A stretch of 64,000 nucleotides of DNA from an uncultured Gemmataceae bacterium (GCA_963750165.1 CAVVPN010000003.1:1440001-1504000), one strand, 5' to 3'. Shown: positions 39,012-50,066, numbered from the stretch's first letter. Numbers and translations are program-made. The notes: generated by a model not told the origin, from the letters alone.

Positions 39012-39340
39012 CCCAGGGTAAGCGAACTCGGGTGTTTGGTTTATTGGTCCGGGAGGAACATCATCCTTGTTTCTGGAACCGCGCCCGGCACGGAATGTTC
39101 GTGATCGCCTGGCCACTGGCAGTGTCGGGCCTCGCAACTGAACGCCATCGCTTGCAGGGGATCGATTGCACTGCCCCTGCTTTTTGCTCCAGGATCCATT
39201 CGAGCCGGATCCATTTTTCCTGACGGGCCGCTTTTTTCGTTCCCATCGCGCGGCGATCGGTTACACTAAAACCGAACCCCACCACCGAAACTCCCCGCTC
39301 GCCGGGGCGCCAGCCCTACCGCGAAACGACCGAGGGTGCC

Positions 39341-40702
39341 ATGACGTGTCGTGCTGTTTTCTCGCTGATTCTGCTGTTGTTCGGCGGTTCGCTGGGCGCG
39401 GGCGAGAAGCCGCTCAAGATTGCCGTGTTTGAAGCCGACGTGACGCCGCCACTCGGAACACCGCTGTGCGATGGCCTCGTCCAGCCGGCCAGGGAAATCG
39501 TTGATCGGTTGTCAACGCGCGGCATCATCCTGTTCACCAACGACAAGCCCATCGTGCTGTGCGCCGTCGATTGGGTCGGCATCGGCAACCGCGGCCACAC
39601 CGCCTTCCGCGAAGCCATCGCCCGTGCCGGCGGCACCACGAAGGACCGTGTTTGCGTGCATTGCCTGCACCCGCACGACGCCCCCGGCTGCGACTTTGAA
39701 GCGGACGAATTGCTGCGCCCCTTCAAGCTCAATGGCAAACTCTTCGATCCCGTGTTCGCCCGCAAGGCGATTGAGCGAATCACCAGGGTGATCGAGAAGG
39801 CGGTGAAGAACCCGCGCACCGTTACTCACATCGGCGTCGGCAAGGCCAAGGTGATCGATGTCGCCTCCAACCGCCGCGTGATGGGGCCGGACGGCAAGGT
39901 GAAATACGTCCGCTACAGCTCGACGAAGGATGCGAAAATCCGCGCCGAGCCCGAAGGGGTGATTGACCCGTATGTCCACGTGCTGGCGTTTTATGATGGC
40001 GCCACGCCGGTTAGCGTGCTGACCTACTACGCCACGCATCCGCAAAGCTACTACGGCGGGGGCGGAGTGAGTTGCGATTTCCCCGGCCTGGCCCGCGGTC
40101 TGCGCGAACGGCAGCTGCCCGGCCCGTTGCACGTCCACTTCAACGGCGCCGGCGGCAACGTCACCGCGGGCAAGTACAACGATGGCTCGGTCCAGAACCG
40201 CATGGTCCTGGCGACGCGCCTGGCGAAGGGGATGAAGGAGGCCTTTGAGTCGATCAAGAAGGAGCCGATTGACGCCGCCAAGGTGTCCTGGCGCGTCACC
40301 AGCGCGGCACTGCCGCTCAGCAAGCTCTATAACACCACGGACCTCAAGGCCAAGGTCGCCGACGAGAAGCTGAAGGAACTGGACCGCCTGCGCGCCGCCC
40401 GCAATTACGCCTGGGCGCGGCGCTGTGAAGCGGGCGAAACCATCGATATGCAATGTCTGCAAATCGGCTCGGCCTACGTGCTGCACATGCCGGGCGAACT
40501 GTTCATTGAGTACCAGCTGGCCGCCCAGAAAATGCGTCCGAAATCCGCGGTGATGATGGCCGCGTATGGCGATTACGGCATGGGCTACATCGGCACCGCC
40601 ATCGCCTATACGCAGGGCGGCTACGAAACCGGCCCGGTGTCGCGCATGGCGCCGGAGGTGGAAGGCGTGTTGATGAAAGCGATGCGCGAACTGTTAAAGT
40701 GA
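39341..40702 (+). CDS. Secreted neutral-ceramidase-like hydrolase (planctomycete type)
   Basis: ADVTPPLG, HPHDAP, YATHPQS, S.DFPG, GAGGNV, PGELFIEYQL, GYI...AY..GGYE. Confidence 0.75.
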   Translation: MTCRAVFSLILLLFGGSLGAGEKPLKIAVFEADVTPPLGTPLCDGLVQPAREIVDRLSTRGIILFTNDKPIVLCAVDWVGIGNRGHTAFREAIARAGGTTKDRVCVHCLHPHDAPGCDFEADELLRPFKLNGKLFDPVFARKAIERITRVIEKAVKNPRTVTHIGVGKAKVIDVASNRRVMGPDGKVKYVRYSSTKDAKIRAEPEGVIDPYVHVLAFYDGATPVSVLTYYATHPQSYYGGGGVSCDFPGLARGLRERQLPGPLHVHFNGAGGNVTAGKYNDGSVQNRMVLATRLAKGMKEAFESIKKEPIDAAKVSWRVTSAALPLSKLYNTTDLKAKVADEKLKELDRLRAARNYAWARRCEAGETIDMQCLQIGSAYVLHMPGELFIEYQLAAQKMRPKSAVMMAAYGDYGMGYIGTAIAYTQGGYETGPVSRMAPEVEGVLMKAMRELLK

Positions 40703-40707
40703 TTGCT

Positions 40708-40781
40708 TTCTGCCGCTTGCGGCTTGCGCGCTTCCGCCAAGCCGCAAGCGGCGGAAGCGCGCCAAGCCGCAAGCGGCAGAA
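40708..40781. repeat. REP-like palindrome family B with duplicated right arm
   Basis: TGCCGCTTGCGGCTTG followed by two CGCCAAGCCGCAAGCGGC copies. Confidence 0.8.
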
Positions 40782-40820
40782 CCAGAAATCCTACCAACCC
40801 TACCCACCGGAGCTTATCGC

Positions 40821-43800
40821 ATGCAACTCCGCTACCTCCCTGGCCTGGCCCTGGTCGCCGGCCTGGCGTTCTTCCCCGCCGTGGGCGGCGCAAAAGCAAA
40901 AAGAAAAACTCTACCTCGACCCCATCAACGTCAACATCCCGCACATTTCCACGGACAAATCGGTCCAATACGACTTCGACATCGTTTACGTCCGCGCCAA
41001 ACGCATCGGCGACAAGGTTCACAAGCGCTTCTTCACGGACTTCTCCGCGCCGGTGACCCTGGAGCCGGGCGCCGACCTGATGCTACTGCACCCCGACGGC
41101 CGCGAGGATCTGCTCGTGCCCGGCGGCGAGACCGCATCGGTCACCGACCCGATGGTGTCCTACAACGGCCAGTGGGTCTATTACACGCACGTCCGCGGCC
41201 TGAAAAACTTCACCCAGTGGAACCCGCCGCGGCAGGGCGCCGACATCTACAAGATCCACGTCAAGTCGCGCAAGATCGTGCGGCTAACGAATCAGCAATT
41301 CAGTCCCAACACCGGCGCCGCGCACTGGTCGAAAGACTACCGCACGCCGGAGAAGGGCAAATCGCATTACGAGTATGGCGTCTTCAACATGGGTGCGTGT
41401 CCGCTACCGGGCGGCAAGCTAATCTTCACCAGCAACCGCGATGGCTATCGGCCGGCCCGCGGTTACCCTGCCGTGGCGCTGCAGCTGTTCGTCATGGACG
41501 ACCGCGACACCGACATCGGCGAGCAGGAGACGCCGCAAAACCTGGAAAAGATCGGCCATTTGAACATCTCCGGAGCGCTGCACCCGGTGGTGCTCAAGGA
41601 CGGCCGCGTCATGTACAGCACACTGGAGTCGCAGGGCCTTCGCAGCGAAATCCTCTGGGGCATCTGGACCATCCACCCCGACGGCACCAACTGGAATCCG
41701 CTTATCAGCGCGTTCGACCCGCACAGCGCCCCCAACGGCTTTCACTTCCAGTCGCAGCTGTCCGATGGCTCGATCATCGTCACGGAATACTACAACCAGA
41801 ACAACAGCGGCTTCGGCGCCTACGTCAAACTGCCGCCGTCGCCGCCCAACGGCTACCCTGGCTTCGGGCCGGCGTTCATGGAGGATTCGCGCAACCAGCC
41901 GTGGCGCATGGGCCGCTTTGACAACGGCCGGCCGTTCAATTACCGTATGCCGTTCATGCCGACCCGTTCCGTCGCGCTGACGCCGTTCGCCCTCGGCAGC
42001 GAAGGCCCGGCCAACCGTTCCGTGCGCGGCGACAAGAATTCACCGGCGGTCGGCAAGGTGACACACCCCTCCGGAGCGCCGGACAATCATTTGCTGACCG
42101 CCTACTCGCCCGGTCCCGCGAACCATCAATACTTCTACCCGCCGCAGATCGACAGCGGCATTTACCTCATCAAGAAGGGGGACGTGGTTGAGGAGCCGGG
42201 GCAGATGCTGCTCATCAAAAACGACCCGAAGTTCAACGAATGCTGGCCGCGTGCCCTGGTGCCCTATGAACGCATCTACGGCGTCAAGGAGCCGACGCGG
42301 CTGCCGCGCCTGGCCAACGACGGTAAACTGTCGAAACACCTGCCGCCCGGCACACCGTTTGGCCTGGTCGGCGTGTCCAGCTTCTACAAGCGCGAGAGCT
42401 ACCCGAACGGCGTCGTGCCGAAGGGCAAGGTGACGGCGACCTACGCGGGCGGCAACCACCGCTGGAAGGGCCTTGATGCCTTCACCAGCCACGGCAACGG
42501 TATGCCGCTCAACTTGCACAACCAGGGCGGCGACGTGGGCCTGTACGACAACGACCAGATTCACGCGGTGCGCATCCTGGTGATGGAACCGACCACCGAC
42601 CGCAAGGGCGCCAGCGCCGGCCGCCACTTTTACAACCACGCCCACGAGCGGCTGCGCGTCCTCGGCGAAATTCCGCTGCGCCACTTTCTCCCCTCGCCCC
42701 CCAAGGGGGGCGAGGGGTCGGGGGTGAGGGGGGAACAACCGCTCGATCCGGACGGCAACCCGGACACCAGTTTCCTGGCGAAAATCCCGGCGGACACACC
42801 GTTCACCTTCCAGACGCTGGACCGGAACGGCATGGTGCTGAACATGGCGCAGACCTGGCACCAGCTGCGGCCCGGCGAAATCCGCACCAACTGCGGCGGC
42901 TGCCACGCCCACAGCCAGCAGCCCACGGACTTCGCCCGCACCCGCGCCGGCCAGGCGGATTACAAGGTCTGGGACCTGACGAAAACCACACCGCTGATCG
43001 TGGACAGGCCGCGCGACCAGTCAAGGCAGAAGTGGGACGAAAAAGCTTCGACGGGCGTGCGCTTCGAGAAGCGCGTCAAGAATGTGGAGTATCACCGCGA
43101 CATTCAGCCGATCCTGAAGCGGAGCTGCGTCGCCTGCCACACGGGCAAGGCTGGCAAGCAGCCCGCCGGCAAACTGGACCTCGACGCCGACCACGAGCAG
43201 TTGCAGGTCGCGGATCGCGGCAAATTCCCGGGCACTTACGCGCGGCTGGCGGTGGACATGCGGGCGAAGTTCGGCCACAAACCGATCGCCTACCCCGACT
43301 GGGGCTACCCCAACGCCTCGCGCTATGTCCGCATGTTCCAGTCGCGGCGCAGCCTGCTCGTCTGGAAAATTTTCGGCCAGCGCCTGGACGGCTTCAGCAA
43401 CGAGGACGTTCCCTCGGAGTTTCCGGTCGGCTCCGGCAAACTACTGTTCAAGGGCCAGGAGATCGACGCGAAAAAGTTCGGCAGCGGCCACTACGACCTC
43501 GATTACCTGCCGCCGCAGATGCCGCCGCCCGCGGCGGTCAAGGCCGGCAAGGTCGCGCCGCTGTCCGACGAGGATCGCCGCACCGTCGTCCGCTGGATCG
43601 ACCTCGGCTGTCCGATCGACCTGGATTACGACCCGGCCCATCCGGAGCAGCGCGGCTTCGGCTGGATGCTCGACGACCAGCGACCGACGCTGACCGTGAC
43701 GGCGCCGCAGGCCGGCACCAACACCCAGGTGAGCCGCCTCCTGATCGGCATGCACGATTACTACACGGGGCTGGACCTGGACAGCTTCCGTGTTGTGGCG

Positions 43801-44001
43801 GACTTCGCGGTCAATGGCGTTCAGCCGGGGCAGAACCTGGCGGCGAAGTTTCAGCCGAAAGCTCCGGGTGTGTGGGAGCTGACACTGGCGACGCCGATCA
43901 CGCAGCTGCCACGCGGCCGGCTGGAGGTGTCGGTGCGCGACCGGCAGGGCAACGTCACACGGATTGAGCGGACGATCTCGGTCGGGCAGCCGGCGCGGTA
44001 G
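40821..44001 (+). CDS. Secreted hydrazine-synthase-alpha-like protein (TolB-like propeller, HzsA middle domain, two CxxCH hemes), frameshift near 40885
   Basis: Signal peptide from ATG 40821 (GGAG RBS); SF.AKIPADTPFTFQTLD..G.......W.QLRPGE...CGGCH; IQPIL...CVACH; MPP...L...D......WIDLG. Confidence 0.8.
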
Positions 44002-44009
44002 TTTTGCTT

Positions 44010-44063
44010 TCTGAGTCCGAAGCGCCAGCGCGGGTTGTCCCGCGCTGGCGCTTCGGACTCAGA
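44010..44063. repeat. REP-like palindrome family A variant
   Basis: 25-bp perfect stem TCTGAGTCCGAAGCGCCAGCGCGGG. Confidence 0.85.
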
Positions 44064-44087
44064 GCCGGCAACCGAAAGGAGGACGCC

Positions 44088-45440
44088 TTGAATCGGTTCG
44101 CCCGAAATGGGTCGGAACGTCCCGTTCTGTTCACCGTCCAGCATTACCGCTGGCTGGCGCTGATTTACGCCACGGTGGCCATTGTCGCGAGCTTCGTCCC
44201 ACTCAACTATCAGCCCATCCCCTTCGAGACGGCGCTCCGCAGTTATGCGGCGGCGTGGGCGAAACCGATCAGCTTTACCTCACTGTCGGACTGGATCACC
44301 AACGTGGTGCTGTTCATCCCCCTGGGGTATCTGCTCACGGCGGCATTCTCGGTCCATCGTCCGCAACGCACCGGCCTGGTGGCCGCGGCCGTGGTGGTGG
44401 GCTGCGCGCTCCTGAGCGCTCTGATCGAGTTCACGCAACTCTACTTCCCTCCCCGCGTCTGTTCCCTCAACGACGTGGTGGCCGAGACACTCGGGGCGGC
44501 GCTCGGCGTGCTGGTCTGGTTGGCCATCGGACAGCGGTTGACCGCGTGGGCCCGCCGCGACAGTGAGGGCCTCACCGCCGGTCTGTTCCCCGTCGAGGTC
44601 TTGCCGTGCTGGCTCCTGGTGTTGACGCTGGTGCAATTGCTGCCCCTGGATCTGACCCTGCAGCCGCGCGCTCTATACCACAAATACAGGGCCGGTGGCG
44701 TCCGGCTGGCCTATTTCGTGCCGTGGCCGGGCGCCGCCAAAGTGGCCTTGCGGGAATTGCCGAACCTGTTGCTGTTCCTGCCGACTGGCGTGCTGCTCTC
44801 CGGCCTGGGCGGCCGCCGCTGGCGCACGTGGGCCGGGTGGCGCTGGCCCCTCGGTGTGGGACTGCTGCTCATCGGGGCCATCAAATGCCTTCAATTGTTG
44901 GTGCTGAGCCGGAACAGCTTCGCCCTGGATGTCGTCAGCGGTGGGCTGGCGATCCTGCTCGGCTGGGCTCTGGGACTGGCCGCTCAGGGGGATTCAGTGG
45001 AGCGCCGGCTCTACGCGGTGGCCCTCAGCGTCTGGGTCGGCGTCGTGGCGTTCCTCAACTGGCACCCCTTCGACTTTTCCCTTGACCTGGGCCGGGCGGC
45101 CCACCGAATCGCGGACGTATCCGTCCTGCCGTTCGCGGACTACTGGGGGGGGAATTATCTGCAGGCGCTGGACCAGATCGTGAGCCGGCTGACCGTCTAC
45201 TTCGTAGCAGGGTTGCTGCTGCCGCTGGCCGTTGGGTGGACGCCGCGCGGTGCCACAGCGGTTCGCGTCATCCTCGTGGCGGCCGCCTGGGCGACGGTGG
45301 TGGAACTCGGTCAAGCGCTGCTGCCGTCGCGGTTTCCGAGCCTGACCGATGTGCTGGTGGAGACGCTCGGCGCCTGGCTGGGGTATTTGAGCGTCCAGCG
45401 TCTACGGTATGGTCGCGGGCGCGCTGGCGTCGAGTGGTAG
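44088..45440 (+). CDS. Multi-VanZ-domain membrane protein
   Basis: AAGGAGG RBS + TTG; NVVLFIPLG..IEFTQL...R..SLNDV..ETLG pattern repeated about three times. Confidence 0.85.
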   Translation: MNRFARNGSERPVLFTVQHYRWLALIYATVAIVASFVPLNYQPIPFETALRSYAAAWAKPISFTSLSDWITNVVLFIPLGYLLTAAFSVHRPQRTGLVAAAVVVGCALLSALIEFTQLYFPPRVCSLNDVVAETLGAALGVLVWLAIGQRLTAWARRDSEGLTAGLFPVEVLPCWLLVLTLVQLLPLDLTLQPRALYHKYRAGGVRLAYFVPWPGAAKVALRELPNLLLFLPTGVLLSGLGGRRWRTWAGWRWPLGVGLLLIGAIKCLQLLVLSRNSFALDVVSGGLAILLGWALGLAAQGDSVERRLYAVALSVWVGVVAFLNWHPFDFSLDLGRAAHRIADVSVLPFADYWGGNYLQALDQIVSRLTVYFVAGLLLPLAVGWTPRGATAVRVILVAAAWATVVELGQALLPSRFPSLTDVLVETLGAWLGYLSVQRLRYGRGRAGVEW

Positions 45441-45466
45441 GCGCGGGCAGGTATACGGGGGTACTC

Positions 45467-48373
45467 ATGGGTGAGTTATCCGGTTGGCAGCAACTCCTGA
45501 TCGGTTGGCCCTGGTTCCAGGGCGAGGGTCAGTACCCCCTGCCCGCGTACTCGGAATTCCTGCCGCCGCCGCGCCTTGGCCGCAAACCGTACAGCCCCGT
45601 CACCCTGCCCAACCTCGACGCCGACGACCCGTACGGTTGGCCCATCTCGGAGTACGAGGAGCACCTGGAACTGCGGCCCGGCCTGGCCCACATTGCCCGC
45701 CAGGTGATCGGCGCCCTCGCGAAACTCGGCCAGGGCAAGCGCGCCCACGGCATCGCCCGCGGCAAGCTCCGGGACAACCCGTACTGGCCCGCAACGCTGG
45801 GAGAGCGCGCCGGCGACCTGCCGCACGAACGCTACGTCACGCTGGCGCCGCTGGCGCTGTCGCGCACCCAGGACGACAAGGGCCGTGTCCGCTGGACGCT
45901 GTTCGGCGGCAGCGAACAGGGCCCGGCGCGCGGCTTCTGGCGCGGCTTCTTCACGGCGCCCGGCTACCCGGTGCCCGAGGAACAGGGGCTCGGCTTCTTC
46001 CGCCATCTGCTGCACGCCGCCTACGGCGAACCTGAAAAACGCCTGGCCGATCTGCACCGGGCCGGCTTCCGCATTCTGCCAGGGACGGCCAATCCGCCCT
46101 TCGCTCCGGAGGGGGACCTGCCTGCCTGGGCCGAGCCCCTGCTGCTGGCGAAAAACGAGCGTTTGCGATCCGTCAAGTATTTGCTGACGTTCCGCCCCTT
46201 CGAGAGTCTGCCCGACCACATCGTCCGCGCCTACCTCGACGGCCGGCTGCACCTGCTGCCCTTCCCCGGCAGTCTGCTGTTCTGGGGCGTGCCGGTGTAC
46301 CAGCGCCTGCAACTGGAACTGCCGCTGGCCACGCAAATCCCGCTGCTGCACCTGATCGCCCGCCACGAGGCGCCGCAGGGCATTCGCGTACCGCAGTCGG
46401 GCTGGCTGCATGAGCCGCAGCTCGGCCGCCCCGGGGCCGACCACGTTCACGGCCCCGTGCGCAACACCTTCAAGCGTACGCACCGCTGGGCCAAGGTGCT
46501 CCGCCACGAGGATGAGCTGGCCCTGATCGACCACGAAGACCGGCTGGCGCATGTGCTTTTCAGCACCCAGCCGGACGACCTGGGGCTGTACGGCAAGCCA
46601 ATGGCCCGCAACTGCCAGGTGTGGACGCACGACGGTCACCGCTTGCTGGACGGGCCACGCGCCACGGCCTCGGAGGTCGCCGCCGCCGCGCACGCGGTCG
46701 CCGTCGGCGGCCTGTTCGGCTACCGCTTCCAGTATCCGGCCATGTGTCTCGGCCGGCACGAACTGTACTGGCACCGGCCGCTGATCGGCTTCCTGTCGCC
46801 GCAGACCGGCCGGCCGGAAGTGCTGCCCGACGCCCCGCTCGGCTACCTGACCGCGTATGACGCAGACCGACCCGACCCGGCGACGGCTGTCGAAGTGTGG
46901 CCGCGGTTGTTGCGGCGACCGCTGCACCTGGCCGCCCTGCACCTGTCCGACCACGACCAGGCGCGGCACCCGCACCAGGCCACCGGCAACGTCCGCAAGC
47001 TGCTCGAAACGCACCAGCTGCTGGGCGAGGTGCCGCTGCTGCCGTCGCTGGCCCGCAGCCTGCTGACCACTGCGAAGGCGCAGACGCTGGACGGCTGGCT
47101 GGAGAAACTGCCCGAACGGGCCGGCGCCGCCGAGCGGGGCGCCGCTCTGGCCGTCGAGCTGCGCCGCTTGCTGGCCCCGGCGCCGCCGCCGTTGCCCGAG
47201 CCGTTGACGTTCACGCACACCGCGCGCCGGGCCTTCGAGGTGGCGTACTGGAAGACCATCGCGACCCTGGCCGAAGGCAAGTACCTGACCAAGAACAACG
47301 CCGACTGCGTGCGCGACCCCGTGACGCGCAAGCACCTCGTCCATCACCACCGCGACCTGGAAATCCTGGGCGATTACCTGCTGGCCCATTACCGCAAGGC
47401 GGTGGCCCGCGCCGGCCTGACCGGTCGCGCCCTGGTCGGCGACCTGCCCTTCCGCTGGCAGACCGACTTCCCGTATCCGTGGATGGGCGGCTGGTTGAAC
47501 AACCAGGCCGGCCAGGTGGAGGAGCGCGATTTGATCGTGGTCATCCCCGGGCGCGACCGCAGCCGGGCCGTCGTCATGGCCGACCATTACGACACTGCAT
47601 ACATGGCGGACCTGTATGATCCGAAGTACGGCGGCGACGGCGCTCGCGTTGCCGCGGCCGGCGCCGACGATAACCACTCGGCGACCGCGGCGATGATGCT
47701 CGGGGCGCCGCTGTTCCTGGCGTTGAGCAAGGCGGGGCGGCTGGACTGCGACGTGTGGCTGGTCCACCTGACTGGCGAGGAGTTCCCCGCGGACTGCCTG
47801 GGCGCCCGCCACCTGACGCGCTGCCTGGTCGAGGGCACGCTGCGGCTGCGGTTGCCCAGCGGCGCGTGGCACGACCTGTCCGGGACGCGCGTCCAGGGCG
47901 TGTACCTGATGGACATGATCGCCCACAACAACGACCGCGACCGCGACATTTTTCAGATTTCGCCAGGTGTGGGCGGCGCGTCGATGTGGCTGGCGCTGCA
48001 GGCGCACCTGGCGACGGAGGTGTGGAACGCCGGCACGGCGGTGTGGAACCGCAAGGGGCCACGGAAGCAGGCGGAGCGCTGCCGCCGCAGTCCGCACGGC
48101 GGGGCGGTGCCAGGCATGGTGCGCCACCTGGCGCTGCACGGCGAGGTGCGGCCGCCCTACGATCCGCGCAGCACGCTGTACAACACTGACGGCATGATCT
48201 TCTCGGACGCGGGGGTGCCGGTGGTGCTGTTCATGGAGAACTACGACATCAACCGCAGCGGCTACCACGACACGCAGGACACGATGGCCAACATTGATTT
48301 GGACTATGGGGCGGCCCTGGCGGCGATCGTCATCGAGAGCGTCGCCCGCGCCGCCACGGTGCCGCCGGGGTGA
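45467..48373 (+). CDS. Large protein with unknown N-terminal region and C-terminal M28 metallopeptidase domain
   Basis: ADHYDT, GADDNHS, GEE, MDMI, TD, YH...DT zinc-ligand motifs. Confidence 0.85.
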   Translation: MGELSGWQQLLIGWPWFQGEGQYPLPAYSEFLPPPRLGRKPYSPVTLPNLDADDPYGWPISEYEEHLELRPGLAHIARQVIGALAKLGQGKRAHGIARGKLRDNPYWPATLGERAGDLPHERYVTLAPLALSRTQDDKGRVRWTLFGGSEQGPARGFWRGFFTAPGYPVPEEQGLGFFRHLLHAAYGEPEKRLADLHRAGFRILPGTANPPFAPEGDLPAWAEPLLLAKNERLRSVKYLLTFRPFESLPDHIVRAYLDGRLHLLPFPGSLLFWGVPVYQRLQLELPLATQIPLLHLIARHEAPQGIRVPQSGWLHEPQLGRPGADHVHGPVRNTFKRTHRWAKVLRHEDELALIDHEDRLAHVLFSTQPDDLGLYGKPMARNCQVWTHDGHRLLDGPRATASEVAAAAHAVAVGGLFGYRFQYPAMCLGRHELYWHRPLIGFLSPQTGRPEVLPDAPLGYLTAYDADRPDPATAVEVWPRLLRRPLHLAALHLSDHDQARHPHQATGNVRKLLETHQLLGEVPLLPSLARSLLTTAKAQTLDGWLEKLPERAGAAERGAALAVELRRLLAPAPPPLPEPLTFTHTARRAFEVAYWKTIATLAEGKYLTKNNADCVRDPVTRKHLVHHHRDLEILGDYLLAHYRKAVARAGLTGRALVGDLPFRWQTDFPYPWMGGWLNNQAGQVEERDLIVVIPGRDRSRAVVMADHYDTAYMADLYDPKYGGDGARVAAAGADDNHSATAAMMLGAPLFLALSKAGRLDCDVWLVHLTGEEFPADCLGARHLTRCLVEGTLRLRLPSGAWHDLSGTRVQGVYLMDMIAHNNDRDRDIFQISPGVGGASMWLALQAHLATEVWNAGTAVWNRKGPRKQAERCRRSPHGGAVPGMVRHLALHGEVRPPYDPRSTLYNTDGMIFSDAGVPVVLFMENYDINRSGYHDTQDTMANIDLDYGAALAAIVIESVARAATVPPG

Positions 48374-48447
48374 ACCCAACGCGCCGGTTGGAAGGAATGG
48401 ATGGGAAAATATCTACCAGGGGAGTAATGAATGCCCGCGCAGGGCGT

Positions 48448-48744
48448 TTACAGGCTGACCTGCTTGGCGTATTCCATACGGACGACGTGGAGGGTTTCCT
48501 CGTCTTGCCCGTACACCACCAGGAAGGCAAAAGCGTGCAGGCAGAGGCGGTTTTCCGGGTCCACCAGGGTGAAGGCGAACGTCATCCCGTCGAACGGCTA
48601 GGCGGTGCGCCGGAGCACTTGCCCCGGGTTCTCTTGCAACCGATCAGACAGGCGGAGGTACACCTCGGTCAGAACAAAGTCGGAAAGCCCAAGCTGCGCC
48701 AGGCCGCGGCGAAGATGGGGGCGAATCTGCACCTTGTAGCTCAA
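48448..48744 (-). pseudogene. RelE/ParE-like toxin candidate with in-frame TAG at codon 49
   Basis: MSYKVQIRPHLRRGLAQL...NPGQVLRRTA*PFDGMTFAFTLVDPENRLCLHAFAFLVVYGQDEETLHVVRMEY; TTGA overlap with the upstream gene. Confidence 0.55.
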
Positions 48745-48989
48745 GGCGTCGCCTCCCGCTGCCCGGAATGCTTGGCCCGATGCTCGGCCACGCGCCGCAG
48801 CCACTCCTCACGGCTCACCCCGGCGACCGCGGCGAAAGCGTCCGCGAGTTCCAGGGACTCGCCGCGGACGTGCTCGGCCAGCACTTCTTGATACTCCGCT
48901 TCCGTGAGCGGCCGAAGACGGCTCACGAGTTCCGCCTCCAGCCGGTTCGCCCGTTCTTGCAGTTCATGGCCGTTTGGTTCTGCGCTCAT
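48741..48989 (-). CDS. Small acidic helical protein, antitoxin candidate
   Basis: GGGGAG RBS; 82 aa; translationally coupled to the downstream gene. Confidence 0.6.
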   Translation of the reverse strand: MSAEPNGHELQERANRLEAELVSRLRPLTEAEYQEVLAEHVRGESLELADAFAAVAGVSREEWLRRVAEHRAKHSGQREATP

Positions 48990-49052
48990 GCCCGGCTCCC
49001 CAGGTGTGGTCATGGTTCGACGTTCATCCTACCACAACCTGCAGCAGGGGAC

Positions 49053-50066
49053 TCAGAAATCGCTCACGGAGACGACCTTGCCATCGCTCCGGTCGGCCAG
49101 GGCGTACAGCGTCTGCAGGTCCAGATCGACGGTGAGGTAGCGCACCGACCCGTCGCACAGCAGCACGTTGGCGCCGTTGGGGTGAATCGACTGGATGGGC
49201 GAATGGGGGCTGGGGATGCCCACGCCGGTTGAGGACTTGAAGCCAACGGGGTAGCGCACGGTAGTGAGCTGGACGGTGTTCGGCCCCATCCAGTCGGCGC
49301 AGCACATGCCCATGGTGAACATGAACTGGCCGTTCCCGGCCCGGCAGTCGGTCTGGTTGCCGGCCCCGTCGCTACACCAGTCGGACTGTTCCACGACGGC
49401 CAGCGTGTTGGAGAGGCCGTCGGTGATTTGCCGGAACGCGATCCGGCCCGGGGAGGGGTGAAAGGCCTGCAACACCGTACCGGTGCCATACCCTTGCAGC
49501 CCGTCGATCACCACGTCGAGGAGCACGCCGCCCAGGGACTTGCTGATCCCGGGGTAGGACAGGTTGGTGTAGGTGTCGGCGGCCTGGATCGAGCCCATCA
49601 CGCCGGCGTAGTCGGCCATCATGAATTTGGGCCCCCCCAGGTCTCCCCAGCGCGGCAGCGGGCTGGCCGGACACTGGAAGACCGGCACCAGCAGGTTTTC
49701 CAGCAGGGGTGTGTTGAAAGGGTTGCCGTACGGGCTGCCCCCCTCAATCTGGGTGAAGTTGTAATTGTTCCAGATGTTGTCCTGTTCCAGGTAGGGCAGC
49801 AGGTAGAGCCGCCAGCAGTTGCCGTGGTAGCGATACCAGGGGTACTGGTTGCCCGGCGGCAGGGTCTTTTTGACATCGTGGTGGCAGTGCAGGGCCAGGC
49901 CGATCTGGTGCAGGTTGTTGCCGCACTGGCTGCGGGCAGCGGCTTCGCGGATCTTCTGCACGGCGGGCAGGAGCAGCCCAATCAGCACCCCGATGATGGC
50001 GATCACCACGAGCAACTCGATCAGAGTGAACGCCGCCCGCGCCGGTCTCGCAAACGGGTTTTGCAT
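49053..50066 (-). CDS. DUF1559 prepilin-type N-terminal cleavage/methylation protein with H-X9-DG motif
   Basis: [65 protein letters not shown]. Confidence 0.95.
   Translation of the reverse strand: MQNPFARPARAAFTLIELLVVIAIIGVLIGLLLPAVQKIREAAARSQCGNNLHQIGLALHCHHDVKKTLPPGNQYPWYRYHGNCWRLYLLPYLEQDNIWNNYNFTQIEGGSPYGNPFNTPLLENLLVPVFQCPASPLPRWGDLGGPKFMMADYAGVMGSIQAADTYTNLSYPGISKSLGGVLLDVVIDGLQGYGTGTVLQAFHPSPGRIAFRQITDGLSNTLAVVEQSDWCSDGAGNQTDCRAGNGQFMFTMGMCCADWMGPNTVQLTTVRYPVGFKSSTGVGIPSPHSPIQSIHPNGANVLLCDGSVRYLTVDLDLQTLYALADRSDGKVVSVSDF

Noticed and set aside
40699..40820. 5' extension of the 1100-aa ORF
   Set aside because: It translates a REP repeat; the real start is likely ATG 40821 with RBS and signal peptide, joined by a frameshift
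40821..44001. Evidence for anammox metabolism
   Set aside because: Only an HzsA-like domain; no hzsB/C or hdh in the window, and the gene content fits Gemmataceae
45476..48379. 967-aa minus-strand ORF and other long antisense or alternate-frame ORFs (e.g. 5400-7025, 56948-59338, 60051-62336)
   Set aside because: Shadow ORFs of high-GC genes; no motifs, and the opposite frame encodes a recognisable protein
48370..48891. 173-aa plus-strand ORF after the M28 gene
   Set aside because: Antisense to the better-supported TA-like pair on the minus strand
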